Assembly: GCF_003704095.1 (NCBI RefSeq)
Contig: NW_020847472.1
Span: 372,092 to 436,000, forward strand
Source of the DNA: Pocillopora damicornis
Lineage: Eukaryota
DNA length: 63,909 nucleotides
Direction of reading: 5' to 3'
The notes beneath the pieces were generated by a model. The model searched no databases. It was given only the letters and a program-made list of their open reading frames with translations, and was not told the DNA's origin. Of this stretch, positions 38,638 through 52,269 are shown piece by piece (the stretch's first letter is position 1; every line of letters starts with the position of its first letter). Both the position numbers and the translations under genes were made by a program.

Positions 38638-39937
38638 ACGAATAGCCTAAATTTAGTCTGAAGTCTTTTCTCAAGACAAAATGTTGTCCAGAATTCGCCG
38701 AAAGTATAAAATAACGTAATGCAGTCATGAGTCGTTGAGTAGATATCGTTCATCTTTTTTCAATGCTTGTATCACCAGCCATTTCAAGTTGAAAATATGT
38801 TGCCAGTAACTGGCTTGATGAAGAAATTCGTTGAAAATGTTCTGAAAGATCATAAAGAAAAAAGAAAAATTATTGATCCTTCTGACTTTCGATGTCTATC
38901 AACTAACATGGACTAAGAGGGATCAGAATTTTCCAGACCGTTTCTCATATCATAAGAATATCATCAAGACAACAAGAAGTTTTCCGCTAACGCAAGAAAA
39001 ATGTAACTGAAATGGAATGGTCTCCTACGGGATCTTCTTTGTTTACTTAGAAATTACATGTTTATTGGCCTAAAGACCATTGTGCTCTATACAAATGCGG
39101 GCTACAAATGAACGGTTGAGCTCGTGCACATAGCGTAGCTAAATTGTTGTCATCTGTTCTCATCAAGTGATTCTTATGCAGGACTCAATTTAAGGGCCAA
39201 CCATGGGGAATATTTTGATCAAAATCGTTTAAACGTTAAAAAATTCATTAATAATTTCGAAGCTGGAAAGAACCAATTCGAAAGAATAAATTTAAAATGG
39301 TTTTATTAGCACCTCGCAAAAAACAATATCTTAGCACAATGGTAAAATTTGTCAACTAAGAGTGGAAAATGGTTATCTAACAGACGTCACAGTCCCACAA
39401 ATGACAAAGATATTCTACCTTTTAGTGCTCGATGCCTTACTGTTTTCATTTCATTAAGATTTCTAAGGACCCTAAATTTCCAGAATGATGCAAGCTTAAC
39501 TCTTAAACCTACGTAGTTTTCCATAACTTGCAAATAAAAATATTTCGTTATAAAGTGACAATATATCAACACGAAGGACTGACAACAAATGCTATTATTT
39601 ACTTAAATAAAAGGTGTATTTGTCTACTCTTTACGTTGGTCGCAAAAAGTTTAAAAATTGCTAGTTATCTTATTTAAGTTACCATGGAAGATCTACACAA
39701 ACTTAAAACCTCGGAAACTAGTCAGAAGACTTTAACTTACGAGCTGTAGAACACATTCACTCATAGAACAGTGTTAGAGTGTTAGAGTAATCAAATAAAC
39801 TATGTTAAAGTTGCTGAAAGTTGGTATACTGATGATAAAGACATAACAATACAAAACAATTTACTAGGTAATGACATGGTAAACATTACACATGACAGCC
39901 TTGTTATATCCATCTGCACAATGATTTGACAGGACTT

Positions 39938-42900
39938 TTAGAAATGATAACGCAGACACACGGTTCTTCGTAATAGTCTGAGGCAGTAGTACGGCACTCG
40001 TATGACTTGAGATAAGGCCGCAAGCACTACCAGGATGCAGGCTATAGCTGGTAGAAAGCCAAGCAAAGCGACTTCCATCCACTCCAACGCGTAAAAAAGG
40101 TTCTCTCTTGGTCCAGTAGGCTCGAGTCCCTGGGCGATAAGGGTGACTTCTGCCAAGTTGAAAGTGCAAATAGCAACAAGACTCATAAGAGAAAGGGCTT
40201 CACATATGTTGGCCTTACGGTCACGAAATGGTCTCGACACAAGATGATGCACCAGAGTTACAACACATGCGAAATCCAAACAGATGAATCGCGTTAAAGG
40301 ATCAGTGATGAAGTTACGAATGGTCAGTAGTAGGAACCTCCGACCGGTCAGCACACTCTCCCAGTACAATGTACCATGGTCATCACCACAGGGTGGACGG
40401 AATGGATCATGGAGAACTTTCTTAATTTCTTCGGCATCGTGGGTATTCCCCCAAAACAGTTCAAACCCGTGAAAACTTGGTTTCTTGAAAACGTAGCGAT
40501 AGAGCCAGATGAAAAGAAAGGGCAAAGGAAATGCACAGGAAGTCAAGAACTCCTTGGCTGACAATTTGTCTTTGGAAAGCATCAGCGATCCCCAGAAGAG
40601 GACGAGCACAAGGGGAATAATAAATACCAAGATGAAGACAATTTGCATATACTGCCACCACTGCCAACAGGGGATGTTTCCATCTATGAACAGACGCCAC
40701 TCCCGCCCTACGGGAACGCAGTGCATGAGCTTCAGAGATGTATCTGCTAGGGTCTCGTAGCCTAGTAACAGGGTCTCCAGAACCACAGCCAGGTATAGTG
40801 TAAGGGAAGGTTTAGGAATGTGCCGGAACCGACTTATGACTCGATGGATGGCATAAATTATGGCAATGGAGAGCAACGTCGCTAAGAACTTCAAACACAA
40901 AAACAACTCTTTGGTGACAACATTGAAGCCAGGAAATGGGCATCCAATGCTGCCATTAATGGTCCGTATCTGGAAATTAAAGAGTGCAATGACTGGCGTA
41001 ACAAAAGGAACTATGTGAAGGGCTGCCTCAGGGGACTTGATCATCAGTATCTCAGCAACTTGATAAAAGTAGAAGATGGTCTTGAAATACCCGGCATCGT
41101 GTTCTTCATCGTTTCCTTCATGTGGTGCTGCCTGTCTTTGGCTGCTGTTGGATTTCTTTCTAAACCACAAGCATTGCCGGTACAGCCACGGGAAGATAGG
41201 CGGCTTGAAAACGAGGTAGAGAGACAACATTATTACGTAGATTAAACTCGCTATCCAAAACCAGTGATCATGGCATTTTTCTCTCTCTCGACAAGATGTG
41301 GAATATAAGTCTTCGCTGAATCCCTCAGTACATTGGCCGCATAAAACGCCTGTCCTGCTGCCATGGCAACCATTAAAAGCATAAGTATTAGGACGGGTAG
41401 GAGGTCGGCAGTATTCCAGTGGACAGGGATGAAACTCCAGCTTAGTTGATAGTGGTGAAGAGTAGCAGCCCCAAAAGTTTTCTTGGGCTTCGATGTCTCC
41501 ATTTTCACACGTCGCCCCGTAAGGACATTTAAGACATTTTGTTTCCTTGTGAATATCCAGACCACTGGAGGATCCTCTTTTTAAATTATAGAATCCATCC
41601 TGACACTCTCCACAAAAAAATGTGACATAAGCTACGCTTATCCAGCAAGTCTTACCCTCTCTAACAAGTTCGAAACCGGCTTGTCTGGCGATGTTTTCGA
41701 GCTTGATCTGTTTTCCATCTGGACATTTGAAGGAGGTCGAACTGTCGATCTTAATCGTATTGCTTTTCGTCACAGCAAAGATTGGATCGAATTCTTGATT
41801 AACGTCTGCTACAAAAGACGAATTTTGAATCTTTAACGGACCAGCGCTCTCGGATCTAAGAAAACAACCAACGGCTGACACGTTGGAATGACCTATCAAA
41901 CTTGTTTCGTTTTGCAGGAAGCTACAATTATTGATGTTCAGAATGCCGAAGCCTGTCTTCATATATACATGACCTCCCAAAGCCACTCCCTCATTGTTTT
42001 TAAATGCACAGTTCTTGATAGTGACGTTGCCATTCAAAAAGCTCAATGCTCCAGCGATGCCCACGTTGNNNNNNNNNNNNNNNNNNNNNNNNNNNNNNNN
42101 NNNNNNNNNNNNNNNNNNNNNNNNNNNNNNNNNNNNNNNNNNNNNNNNNNNNNNNNNNNNNNNNNNNNNNNNNNNNNNNNNNNNNNNNNNNNNNNNNNNN
42201 NNNNNNNNNNNNNNNNNNNNNNNNNNNNNNNNNNNNNNNNNNNNNNNNNNNNNNNNNNNNNNNNNNNNNNNNNNNNNNNNNNNNNNNNNNNNNNNNNNNN
42301 NNNNNNNNNNNNNNNNNNNNNNNNNNNNNNNNNNNNNNNNNNNNNNNNNNNNNNNNNNNNNNNNNNNNNNNNNNNNNNNNNNNNNNNNNNNNNNNNNNNN
42401 NNNNNNNNNNNNNNNNNNNNNNNNNNNNNNNNNNNNNNNNNNNNNNNNNNNNNNNNNNNNNNNNNNNNNNNNNNNNNNNNNNNNNNNNNNNNNNNNNNNN
42501 NNNNNNNNNNNNNNNNNNNNNNNNNNNNNNNNNNNNNNNNNNNNNNNNNNNNNNNNNNNNNNNNATAAGACTGTTTTTTACAACAAGCGTTTGGTCGCCC
42601 GTTGAACAATACCGAGCCGTATTATCTAAGCAAGTGGTCGTTGACATCCTTATGCCAATCCGGTTGTCCACCAAGACGCACCTTTCAAGGAAGACCTTTA
42701 CACCTGGCGCTTTAATGGATGTTTTAGGGGGAGCACTGGCCATGATAGCATACCCGTATGTGGAATGAACCGTTACGTAAGTCAAATTTACTCCAAACCC
42801 GCCGTGCACAAAGACAGAATTTTCGTTGTTAAGAAACGACGTGTTTAATAATGATACATTCCCATCGCCAAAGAGGTTGTCAACTCTTACGGATACAGCG

Positions 42901-43894
42901 AAGCTGTTGTCTTTATGGCCCAGGTCTTGGAAAATAGAGTTAGTAATTGAGACTAAGACACGAATAGGATACGTTATAACTGGACTAGCTTGAGAACGGA
43001 CAAACACGGCACCTTTTATACTTCTATCATCATTTGTAACATGAAATCGTCCCCTCGCGTCCTGGAAAAGACATCTTGATATGGTCATCTCAAAGAAGTC
43101 GTTAGGGAACTTGACAAGAATAGATTTTGCATTATACCGGAATTTACTATCAGTGGCTACAAAACTACTCTTTTCACGGACGTAGTCAATCTCATTCCAG
43201 AACACACCAACGGCTGCCTTAGAGAAGTTGAAAAACTTGCATTTGGCGATGACGATATCAAAGGAGGACACATTGACGAGGGCTACACCATACGTGCCAT
43301 TGTCGAAAAGAAGGTTTGAGAGAGAAACTTTGACGGAGCCGATTTTGAACTTTGGACCAAATTCTATGCTGAATGTGTTGTTGCGGAATTCACTATCAGA
43401 AACCTCAAGTGAAGACTTTTGATCGATGAAAGAAGAAACCTGACTTCCTTCCCACAACATGAAAATGGCCCTCGTGCAATTGATAAATTTGCAATTGGAG
43501 ATGACGACATCATAAGAAGGCACATTGAACAAAACTAATCCATACCTGCTATTATTGAATACAAGGTTTGAGAGAGAAACCTCGACAGAACCATATTTCG
43601 ACCTTGATGCAAATACTAATCCACATGAAATGTGTGCCGGGGAGGATACACCCTGTATCGATACACTTTTCCCCACAGCTCTCAATTTCGTTCCATTGGG
43701 ACCAACCGTTTTCAAACATTCGTATGGATTTGACTCACTGTTTGTCCCATTGAGGCAAATTTTGCCACCACTGTTCACTAGAAGTAGCGCTTGTGGTAAT
43801 GTCCGGCAGGGCACAGCAAAAGAGCCACATTGAGGGGAGTCTTCACCGCTGAGATGGGATACGTAAAGACAATCACTCTCCTGGTCTTCTGCAC
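39938..43894 (-). CDS. Beta-helix / Cys-rich / multi-pass transmembrane protein, copy A (large coding exon, interrupted only by an N gap; signal exon not in the assembly)
   Basis: Acceptor TCTTTAG at 43895. N-terminal YVS..GEDSPQCGS..VPCRTL..AL cap, then ISNCKF/FxxN/GG repeats of pectin-lyase-like beta-helices. CxxCPxGAxC, CPxxYC and CxGxRTGVLCGxC follow, then about 9-11 hydrophobic helices with YWE...RR and PF....N..E motifs. The frame is consistent if the gap equals the 417 nt seen in copy B. Confidence 0.85.
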
Positions 43895-46267
43895 CTAAAG
43901 ATAACGGAAGTTTCTTACAACAACGTGGAATTCAGTTGTAAAACGATGTAAAGTTAAGTAGGTGCTTTGGATGTAATAGGCGCAAAAATTTCGAAAGACT
44001 ACTATTTCGTTGCAAACTGCCAGAGTGGCACATGCATGCATGCTTTCTGGACAGATGCCACCACCATAGAAATAATTATCAAGCTCTTACGGACCAAACG
44101 TNNNNNNNNNNNNNNNNNNNNNNNNNNNNNNNNNNNNNNNNNNNNNNNNNNNNNNNNNNNNNNNNNNNNNNNNNNNNNNNNNNNNNNNNNNNNNNNNNNN
44201 NNNNNNNNNNNNNNNNNNNNNNNNNNNNNNNNNNNNNNNNNNNNNNNNNNNNNNNNNNNNNNNNNNNNNNNNNNNNNNNNNNNNNNNNNNNNNNNNNNNN
44301 NNNNNNNNNNNNNNNNNNNNNNNNNNNNNNNNNNNNNNNNNNNNNNNNNNNNNNNNNNNNNNNNNNNNNNNNNNNNNNNNNNNNNNNNNNNNNNNNNNNN
44401 NNNNNNNNNNNNNNNNNNNNNNNNNNNNNNNNNNNNNNNNNNNNNNNNNNNNNNNNNNNNNNNNNNNNNNNNNNNNNNNNNNNNNNNNNNNNNNNNNNNN
44501 NNNNCTAAAGGCAACAAAACAGGGTCGAAATAGTTCTGTTTGTTTTCAGTCTCGTGAAAGTTGAGAAACTTGGCACTTATAGCAGCGTTTTGCAGTTAGA
44601 CAGATCAATATCAAGGTAGCATACTTGACATAAATGATGGAAGACGGTTGAAAATGGACAAATGGAAGATTAACACCGTTACTACTCCCTTCGATCTGAG
44701 AGGATTGATGTAACTTAGGAGAGAACTAGTTTTTCCACCTCAGTATCCTTCATGAAAATACGCGCAACTGCTAAAGCAGTGGATAGCGTGGAAGGTGCGC
44801 TTTGATTAGCAACTCAGACTCCGAGTATCCTTTGCTTTTCACCTCCGTGCAACGCCGCAGGATTTACGCCCGAAAATACTGTTATCGCTGCAGGAATAAA
44901 TGAGTTAAAGTTATCTCCTTTGTGCTATATGATCTCACTATCTTAGTAAGCGGCTCGGCAATTATCCACCGCTACATATCTCAACCTCGGTGAACAGTAG
45001 TTAATTATTTCAATACACACAGAACATACTTGAAAAAGTCAATGTCATGTGAAAGATGTAAACGCAGTTAAGTTAAACGCCGAATAAATCGGGACAGTGT
45101 AAAGTTTTTTACTTGTTTGTTGGTCATGTGATGGGAAAGCTCTCTATCGGAACATTACCTACTTTCCAAAGTAGATTCCAATTACATCGTCATCTCACCA
45201 GATGGTTTTNNNNNNNNNNNNNNNNNNNNNNNNNNNNNNNNNNNNNNNNNNNNNNNNNNNNNNNNNNNNNNNNNNNNNNNNNNNNNNNNNNNNNNNNNNN
45301 NNNNNNNNNAAAAATCACTCAAAATTTCCTGTCATAGCTCAAGCACGCCAAATTTGAACATGGAAGCAGAACATTCTTCGTTGCATGTATCCGAAGTACA
45401 TTCGAGAAGCCGGCAGCACGCTATATGTACTGTTTGAAGCTTTATTTATTCTGAAAGATACCGTGCTTTTTTATCTCAAGTAAAAATACCATACTTTTAA
45501 AGAGCTAATTCACGGTCTTTTCCTCCGCAATTTGCCTTAAAAATTTACAGGCTTGGGTTGACCTCCTCCGTCGTTAGTTAACAATATTTGTTACCTTTTT
45601 TACGTTTTTTCCTTCTTACGTAACTTATATTTTGTTATCATCTTTAAGTTGACGATTGCCGCCCTTCGCAAATAATTACACCGACTGATGTGACGTGATG
45701 CCTCTAATATTGTCATGACTCTGCAAAATTTTGACACTGAAATAGATTTTGAATGTAAAGTTTTCACATTAAATGTTTCCCGTGCCAAACTTAATGTTTT
45801 GATTGATATCCATTTCAAAAATCCTTGTTTCCTTACTGACAAGGCCCTCAAATAAACAACACTCCAACTCAAGCTTTGGCATTGCTCTCCGAACTGCAGT
45901 GTCAATACATTCCAAAACGGCTCTTTCGTTTGGTTCACCGCCTGATTAACCTCAGTCCTAAATTTTTCTTTATTTCCTTTATGAAAAAACAATTCTTCTC
46001 TCTGGAATGCACGTTCTAATATCTCACCCATAAGTTAAGGTTTTCATTTTGCCGAAAACTTTCGTGTTTCTTTGTTTTTTCCTTTTTTTGCTCACCCAAG
46101 CAGAAGTATTGTCCAAAAATAACTTACAAAGTTGTTATCAATATTATTATCGTTTAGTTTTTTTTACATCAGTACCCATGGTGATCAATGAATATATAGC
46201 AGCGGTTAAGGAACAAAGTGTATCAGATTTATACGACAGAGCAGTTCCGAGCAGTTTCGCGCTCACT

Positions 46268-46340
46268 ATGATGTATTCGCTGCTGTGCCTCTCATTTTCT
46301 GAGTTATTTTCTTTAATTCTTCTTGTTATACGCTCTACTG
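46268..46340 (+). CDS. Signal-peptide exon of the beta-helix/TM family (copy B)
   Basis: MMYSLLCLSFSELFSLILLVIRST followed by a G|GTAAGT phase-1 donor, matching the phase-1 acceptor of the large exon. Confidence 0.7.
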
Positions 46341-47677
46341 GTAAGTAAATTTTTGCAAAGTTTCCTTTAACCTCTTTCATTGGAAAAAGTTGCTGTAATC
46401 TCGTTTCAAGGTTATAGTTTAATATCAGCTTTCCAGGCCTGTGGAACGGAGTAGTCGACTGAAATTTACTTAAGCCAACTTTGGACTTATTTTTAAGAAT
46501 GACAACACACATTTGATCATCCCATTCGTTTCCACGCATGTTTTTTCCATTCGAAACAATAGAGTTTTGGATATAAAGGTTAAGTTTTGTAAGTGTGTAT
46601 TACCTTAAGATATGATTGTTTCTGAACACTTCTCTCAGTCCTCGGAATCCTAAATCATTGCGGTTAAAAACACACGCTGGTCATGATTTCTCAGTAACCA
46701 AACACAAACACGATTCGTCTTTTGAAATCTGAGATTTATGAATTCTTCATGTTTTGGTAAGCACAAACCAGTTCCAGAAGCTTGCTAAACCGGACACAGA
46801 AACTTTCGGCCAGATGTTATATTTATCCTTACTAAAATATATCAAAGTTTCAATAGAGTTTTGATATCCTTATCAAATTAAGGAATAAATTTGTTCACTT
46901 TCGTCATCTCACGACCAACAAGCTAGTAAAAAACCTAACACTGTCCCAATTTATTCGGCGTTCGAACTATTTCGACCTCGTTTTGTTGCCTTCAGTAATG
47001 ACGATTAGCATTTCATCAGGATAATTAAATATAAAAACCATCTGGTGAGATGACGATGTAATTGGAATCTACTTTGGAAAATAAGTAATGTTCCGATAAA
47101 GAGCTTTCCCAGGTTATTCAACGTATTATTTTACTCCTGCCGAAGTAAATTAAATTTTTGTTGGCTAAGTTATTCCTCATTGCTAACCGTGGGATTTTCC
47201 CCCTCCAATTACGTAATGTTGGGTAAACAGACTAAAAATCCCTAGATCATCTAAAAGATAAGATACAAGATATCAATGCAATACGTGTCTCTTTGAGGCT
47301 AATAAAATATAATATATAATATCGTGTTTGGCTTGAATCCGATGAAAATTTTTTTCTCGGTTTCCGTGCTGCCATTTACCTTGTCTTTACTTAAAGAACG
47401 AAGCCGACAGTTATCGGGTGAATATTGTACATTTCGTTTTTTTGGTTATAGCTTTTTTACAGTTAGATTCCCACTGACTGTGCACTTCCGAATAACCTTC
47501 ACAAACAAGACATTCAAGTCGATTCTAGTCTTCAGAGAAGATTCTATATGAGTGACACGATTTGAAAGTGTACCAAATTTCAGATACTGCGCAGGAATAT
47601 ACTCGAATATTTCAGCATTCTTGAATCGTTTTACAATTGAATTCTAAGTTGTTATGAGAAACTTTCGTTATCTTCAA

Positions 47678-49870
47678 GTGGTGAAGAACAAACCAATGAA
47701 TGTATCTACGTATCCCATCTTGGCGGTGAAGACTCGCCTCAGTGTGGTTCCTTTGCTGTGCCCTGTCGAACATTACCACAAGCGCTACTCCTGATCAATG
47801 ATGGTGGCAAAATTTGCCTCAACGGAAAAGATAGTGAGTCAAATCCACGAATGTTTGAAAACGGATAGTCCTAATGGAACTGAATTCAAAACTATAGAAA
47901 AAAGTGTATCAATACAAGGTGTGTCCTCCCCGGCACATATTTCATGTGGCTTAATATTTGCGCCGAGGTTCAAGTATGGTTCCTTCTCAAACCTAGTATT
48001 CAACAATACTAGGTATGGATTAGTTTTCTCCGATGTGCCCTTTTATGATGTTGTCATTTCCAAATGCAAGTTTATCAATTGCCAGAAGGCCGTTTTTATG
48101 CAATGGGAAAGGAATTTTTCACGCATTCGTGAGAGATCTTTACTCGAAGTTGCTGATAGCGAATTTCGCAATACTTCATATGGCATAGAATTTGGTCCAA
48201 GGTTCAGGAATAGTTTTGCTGAGGTTTTCCTGTCAAACCTTATGTTCGGCAATGGCACGTATGGTTTAGTCCTCGCCAATGTGTCCTCCTATGATATCGT
48301 CATCACCAAATGCAGGTTTTTCAACTTCCATAAGGCAGCCGTTGGTATCTTATGGAATCAAATAGATTTCGTCATTCCTGAAAAGTGTAGTCTTGTAGCC
48401 ACTGATGGCGAATTCCGATACAATGCAAAATCTATAGCTGTCAAGTTACCTAACAGTATCGTTGAGACGACCATATTAAGATGCTTCTTCGAGGGCGCGA
48501 AGGGACGTTTTAATGTGACATCTTTTGATAGAAATTTAACAGGTGCCGTGATAATCCGTTCACAAGCTAATTCAATTATAACGTATCCAATTCATGTATT
48601 TGTCTCAATCACTGACTCTATTTTCCAAGAGCTCGGCCATAAAGACAACAGCTTCGCTGTATTAGTAAGAGTTGACAACCTCTTTGGCGATGGGAATATA
48701 TCATTGTTTAACACGTCGTTTCTTAACAACGAAAATTCTGTCTTTGTCCATGGCGGGTTTGGCCTTAATTTGACTCACGTGACGGTTACTTCCACCTATG
48801 GGCATGCTATCATGGCCAGTGCTCCCCCTAAAACATTAATTAAAGCACCTGGTGTTAGGGTTTTCCTTGAAAAGTGCGTCCTAGTGAACAACCGGATTGG
48901 CATAAGAATGTCAAAGACTACTTGCTTAGATAATACGGATAGGTATTGTTCAACGGGCGACCAAACGCTGGTTGTAAAAAACAGTCTTATACTGGGAGGT
49001 AATGAAACATTAGGCACTGGTGATGCAATCAGATTTGGAATGAGTTTCCCTAAACAGAACTATACCCGTGCGGTCTTGAAACCAGGCAAAGAAACAGTAT
49101 ATTTGTCGCCAAATTTAAAAGCAAAACTACTTCTTGAAAACGTCACTTTCCATGGGTTACATGACTGTGCGCTGTCTGTTAGTACAGAAAAAAACGTACT
49201 AGGGCTCATCTCGGTGAAAAATTGCAGATTTTTCGACAACACCCAGTTTGTGAATCGACTATATGAACGAGGAACTATCCAAATTGAATTTCCGAACGAC
49301 GATCCGCCGAAATGTCCACGTGCAACAAAAGGAAACGAAAGTAAGGAACTGGTCTGGGACAAAAAGTCGGAGCTACCGGTTATGATTGAAGATACTTTAT
49401 TTGAAAACAACGTGGGCATCGCTGGAGCATTGAGCTTTTTGAATGGCAACGTCACTATCAATAACTGCGCATTTAAAAACAACAAGGGAGTGGCTTTGGG
49501 AGGTCATGTATATATGAAGACCGGTTTCGGCATTCTGAACATCAATAATTGTAGCTTCCTGCGTAAAGAAACAAGTTTGATAGATCATTCCCGCGTGTCA
49601 GCTGCTGGTTGTTTTCTTAGATCCGAGAGCGCTGGTCCGTTAACGATTCAAAATTCGTCGTTTATAGCAGACGTTAATCAAGAATTCCATCCAATCTTTG
49701 CTGCGACGAAAAGCAGTACGATTAAGATCGACAGTTCGACCTCCTTCAAATGTCCAGACGGAACACAGATCAAGCTCGAAAACATCAACCTTAGAGGAAG
49801 TGAGACTTGTTGGATAAGCGTAGCTTATGTCAAATTTTTTTGTGAAGAGTGTCAGGATGGATTCTATAAT
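47678..49870 (+). pseudogene. Beta-helix/TM family copy B: disabled and 3'-truncated
   Basis: The acceptor aligns as CAA|GT rather than TAG|GT. There is a 2-nt deletion near 47846 (CCA-CGAA vs CCA-TACGAA). After DGFYN (49870) the sequence jumps to the 3' flank of copy A (~39625), a ~2-kb deletion removing all TM helices. A 700-codon frame remains open. Confidence 0.75.
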
Positions 49871-52196
49871 GTCCGACAAATACACTATTTGTTAAAGTAA
49901 ATAATAGCATTTGTTTTCAGTTCTCCTTGTTGATATATTATCACTTTGCAACGAAAAACTTTTGATTTGCAAGTTATGGAAAACTACGTAGGTTTAAGAG
50001 CTAAGCTTGCATCATTCTGGACATTAAGAGTCCTCAGAAAACTTAGTAAAATGAAAACGATGAGGCATCGGGTACTAAAAGGTAGAATTTCTTGGTCATT
50101 TGTGGGACTGTGTCCTCCGTTAGATAACCATTTTTCACTCTTAGTTAACACATTTTTCCATTCTGCTAAGATATTGTTTTTTTCGAGGTGCCAATAAAAC
50201 CACATTTTGAATTTATTCTTTAGAATCGCTTCTTTCCAGCTTCAAAATTATCAACGAATTTTTTAACGATTGAACGATTTTGATCAAAATATTCTCCATG
50301 ATTGAACCTTTAATTGAGCCCTACATAAGAATCACTTTAATGAGAGGCAGATCACTACAATTTGCCTATGCTGGGCGCTTGAGCTCAACCTCATTTGTAG
50401 CTCACATTTGTAGATAGCACAAAAGTCTCTGGGCCAATAAATACGATATTTTTAGGGTAACAAAGGAGATCCCGTGGGAGACCGTTCCACTTCAGTGACA
50501 TTTTTCTTACGTTAGCGAAAAATTCTTTGTTGTACTGATGATTTTATTATGTTGTTAGAAACGGTCTGGAGAGTTCTGATCCCTCTTAGTCCATGTTAGT
50601 TGATAGACATCGATAGACAGAAGGGTCAATAATGCGGCGATTGCTTTCGAAAGTTCCTTTTCGCTCCTCACACCACTTTCCATTTTGCTTCTGTTTTTAA
50701 TTCAATGACCAATATACGTACCTTGTTCGGATATTGCAAAGTTATTTCTCCAGTCATGAAAAATCTCATTTGCATAAAAAATACTCTGTCTCACAAGAAC
50801 TTCTCAGCTATTGCTTAAACTGACTCGTAACAAAATATTAAATGAAGTAAACGTTTTAAAAATAGGATGGCGCCTTGTGTGGTTTTGGTTTTTGTTTTTT
50901 CCCCTCTCTGATATAACGTTACCGTCTAATCACGTGCAGGTAAGGTTTTTGATATAGGATACAATACGTGGGTGTAATTTCTTAGTGTTAGCGAAAGAGC
51001 CATTATTCGATAGGCTTCTATATTCAGTTAGTAGAAATCTACTTGCGTTCTCAAATACTGCGATCTGATTGGCTGCGCTACTCGATATTTAATCCGTAAT
51101 AGCGTGTGTGTAGCCCGACAGTGTTTGGTTGTAAACAAAATATAACAAAAAAATTGACTTGTCATTTTGTTTAGTTTTGTACAATGAGAAGGCTTGTACT
51201 AAAACAATTAATTATTCGCTATTTTTAATATGCGCAATGGTTGATTGGGGCCGGTTCTACTTTTTCAACCATCGCTCGATAGAAATCTCGAGACAAAAAT
51301 TGCTCTCCTTAGACCTTAAGATACAGCGAAATGATGTCTTTGTATAGTTGTACTTTACAATCGGAAAAAAAGCTGTGTATTAGTTAAATATTCATGCACA
51401 GCTTTCCAAACCTTTTACAATGAATTCTGCTACGGGCGGAATTTTCTTAGCTCTACTCCAGTAAATCTCTTTCCATATTAATGGCGGGCAGAGATTTAGT
51501 TTTAGGGTTTCGTCAACATATGGTTATGCAACATGAAAGAAATATTGACATCCACCCGACAAGTGGCGATCAAAGGACCTCGCTTTCATCGACCCTGCTG
51601 CGCTTGAAATTTCTGCGAGTGAATTTCTTTCCATTCTAGAGAACCGGAACCTACAGTACCCCATGCAACCGTGGCATCCACGTTCGTTTTATTCACGCTG
51701 AAAATTAAGCCTGAAATTCCCGACTTTGTCAACTCAGATTGGTTTCAAATGCCCTCAGTTCTCAGCCATCTTTGTTCCCTCTTGCTTTCGTATGGCCTCT
51801 TTTGTGTCATACCGTCCGTCCGTAGTAAGATTTTTTTCAAAGTGTTCATTAAAAAGGAAGTCAGTGGTTTTACACATCAAAAAGTCACTCACAATTTCCT
51901 ATTTCCTCTATGAAAGAAACGATTCTTCTCTCTGGAATGCACGTTCTAATGTCTCACCCATAAGTTAAGGTTTTCATTTCGGTTAAAACTTTCGTGTTTG
52001 TTTGTTTTTTCTTCTTTTGCTCACCCAAGCAGAAGTATTGTCCAAAAATAACTTACAAAGTTGTTATCAATATTATTATCGTATAGTTTTTTTTCCTCGA
52101 GTACCCATGGTGATCAATGATTACATAACAGCGATTAAGGAACAAAGTGTATCAGATTTATACGACAGAGCAGTTCCGAGCAGTTTCGCGCTCACT

Positions 52197-52269
52197 ATGA
52201 TGTATTCGCTGCTGTGCCTCTCATTTTTTGAGTTGTTTTCTTTAATTCTTCTTGTTATACGCTCTACTG
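52197..52269 (+). pseudogene. Orphan signal-peptide exon (copy D); large exon absent
   Basis: Same exon and intron sequence as the other copies, but at ~54157 the intron runs directly into the 866-bp repeat before reaching the acceptor. Confidence 0.65.

Noticed and set aside
46049-46267. N-terminal extension of the signal exon ORF (MPKTFVF...)
   Set aside because: Non-ATG start and frame not conserved between copies; treated as upstream or UTR sequence.
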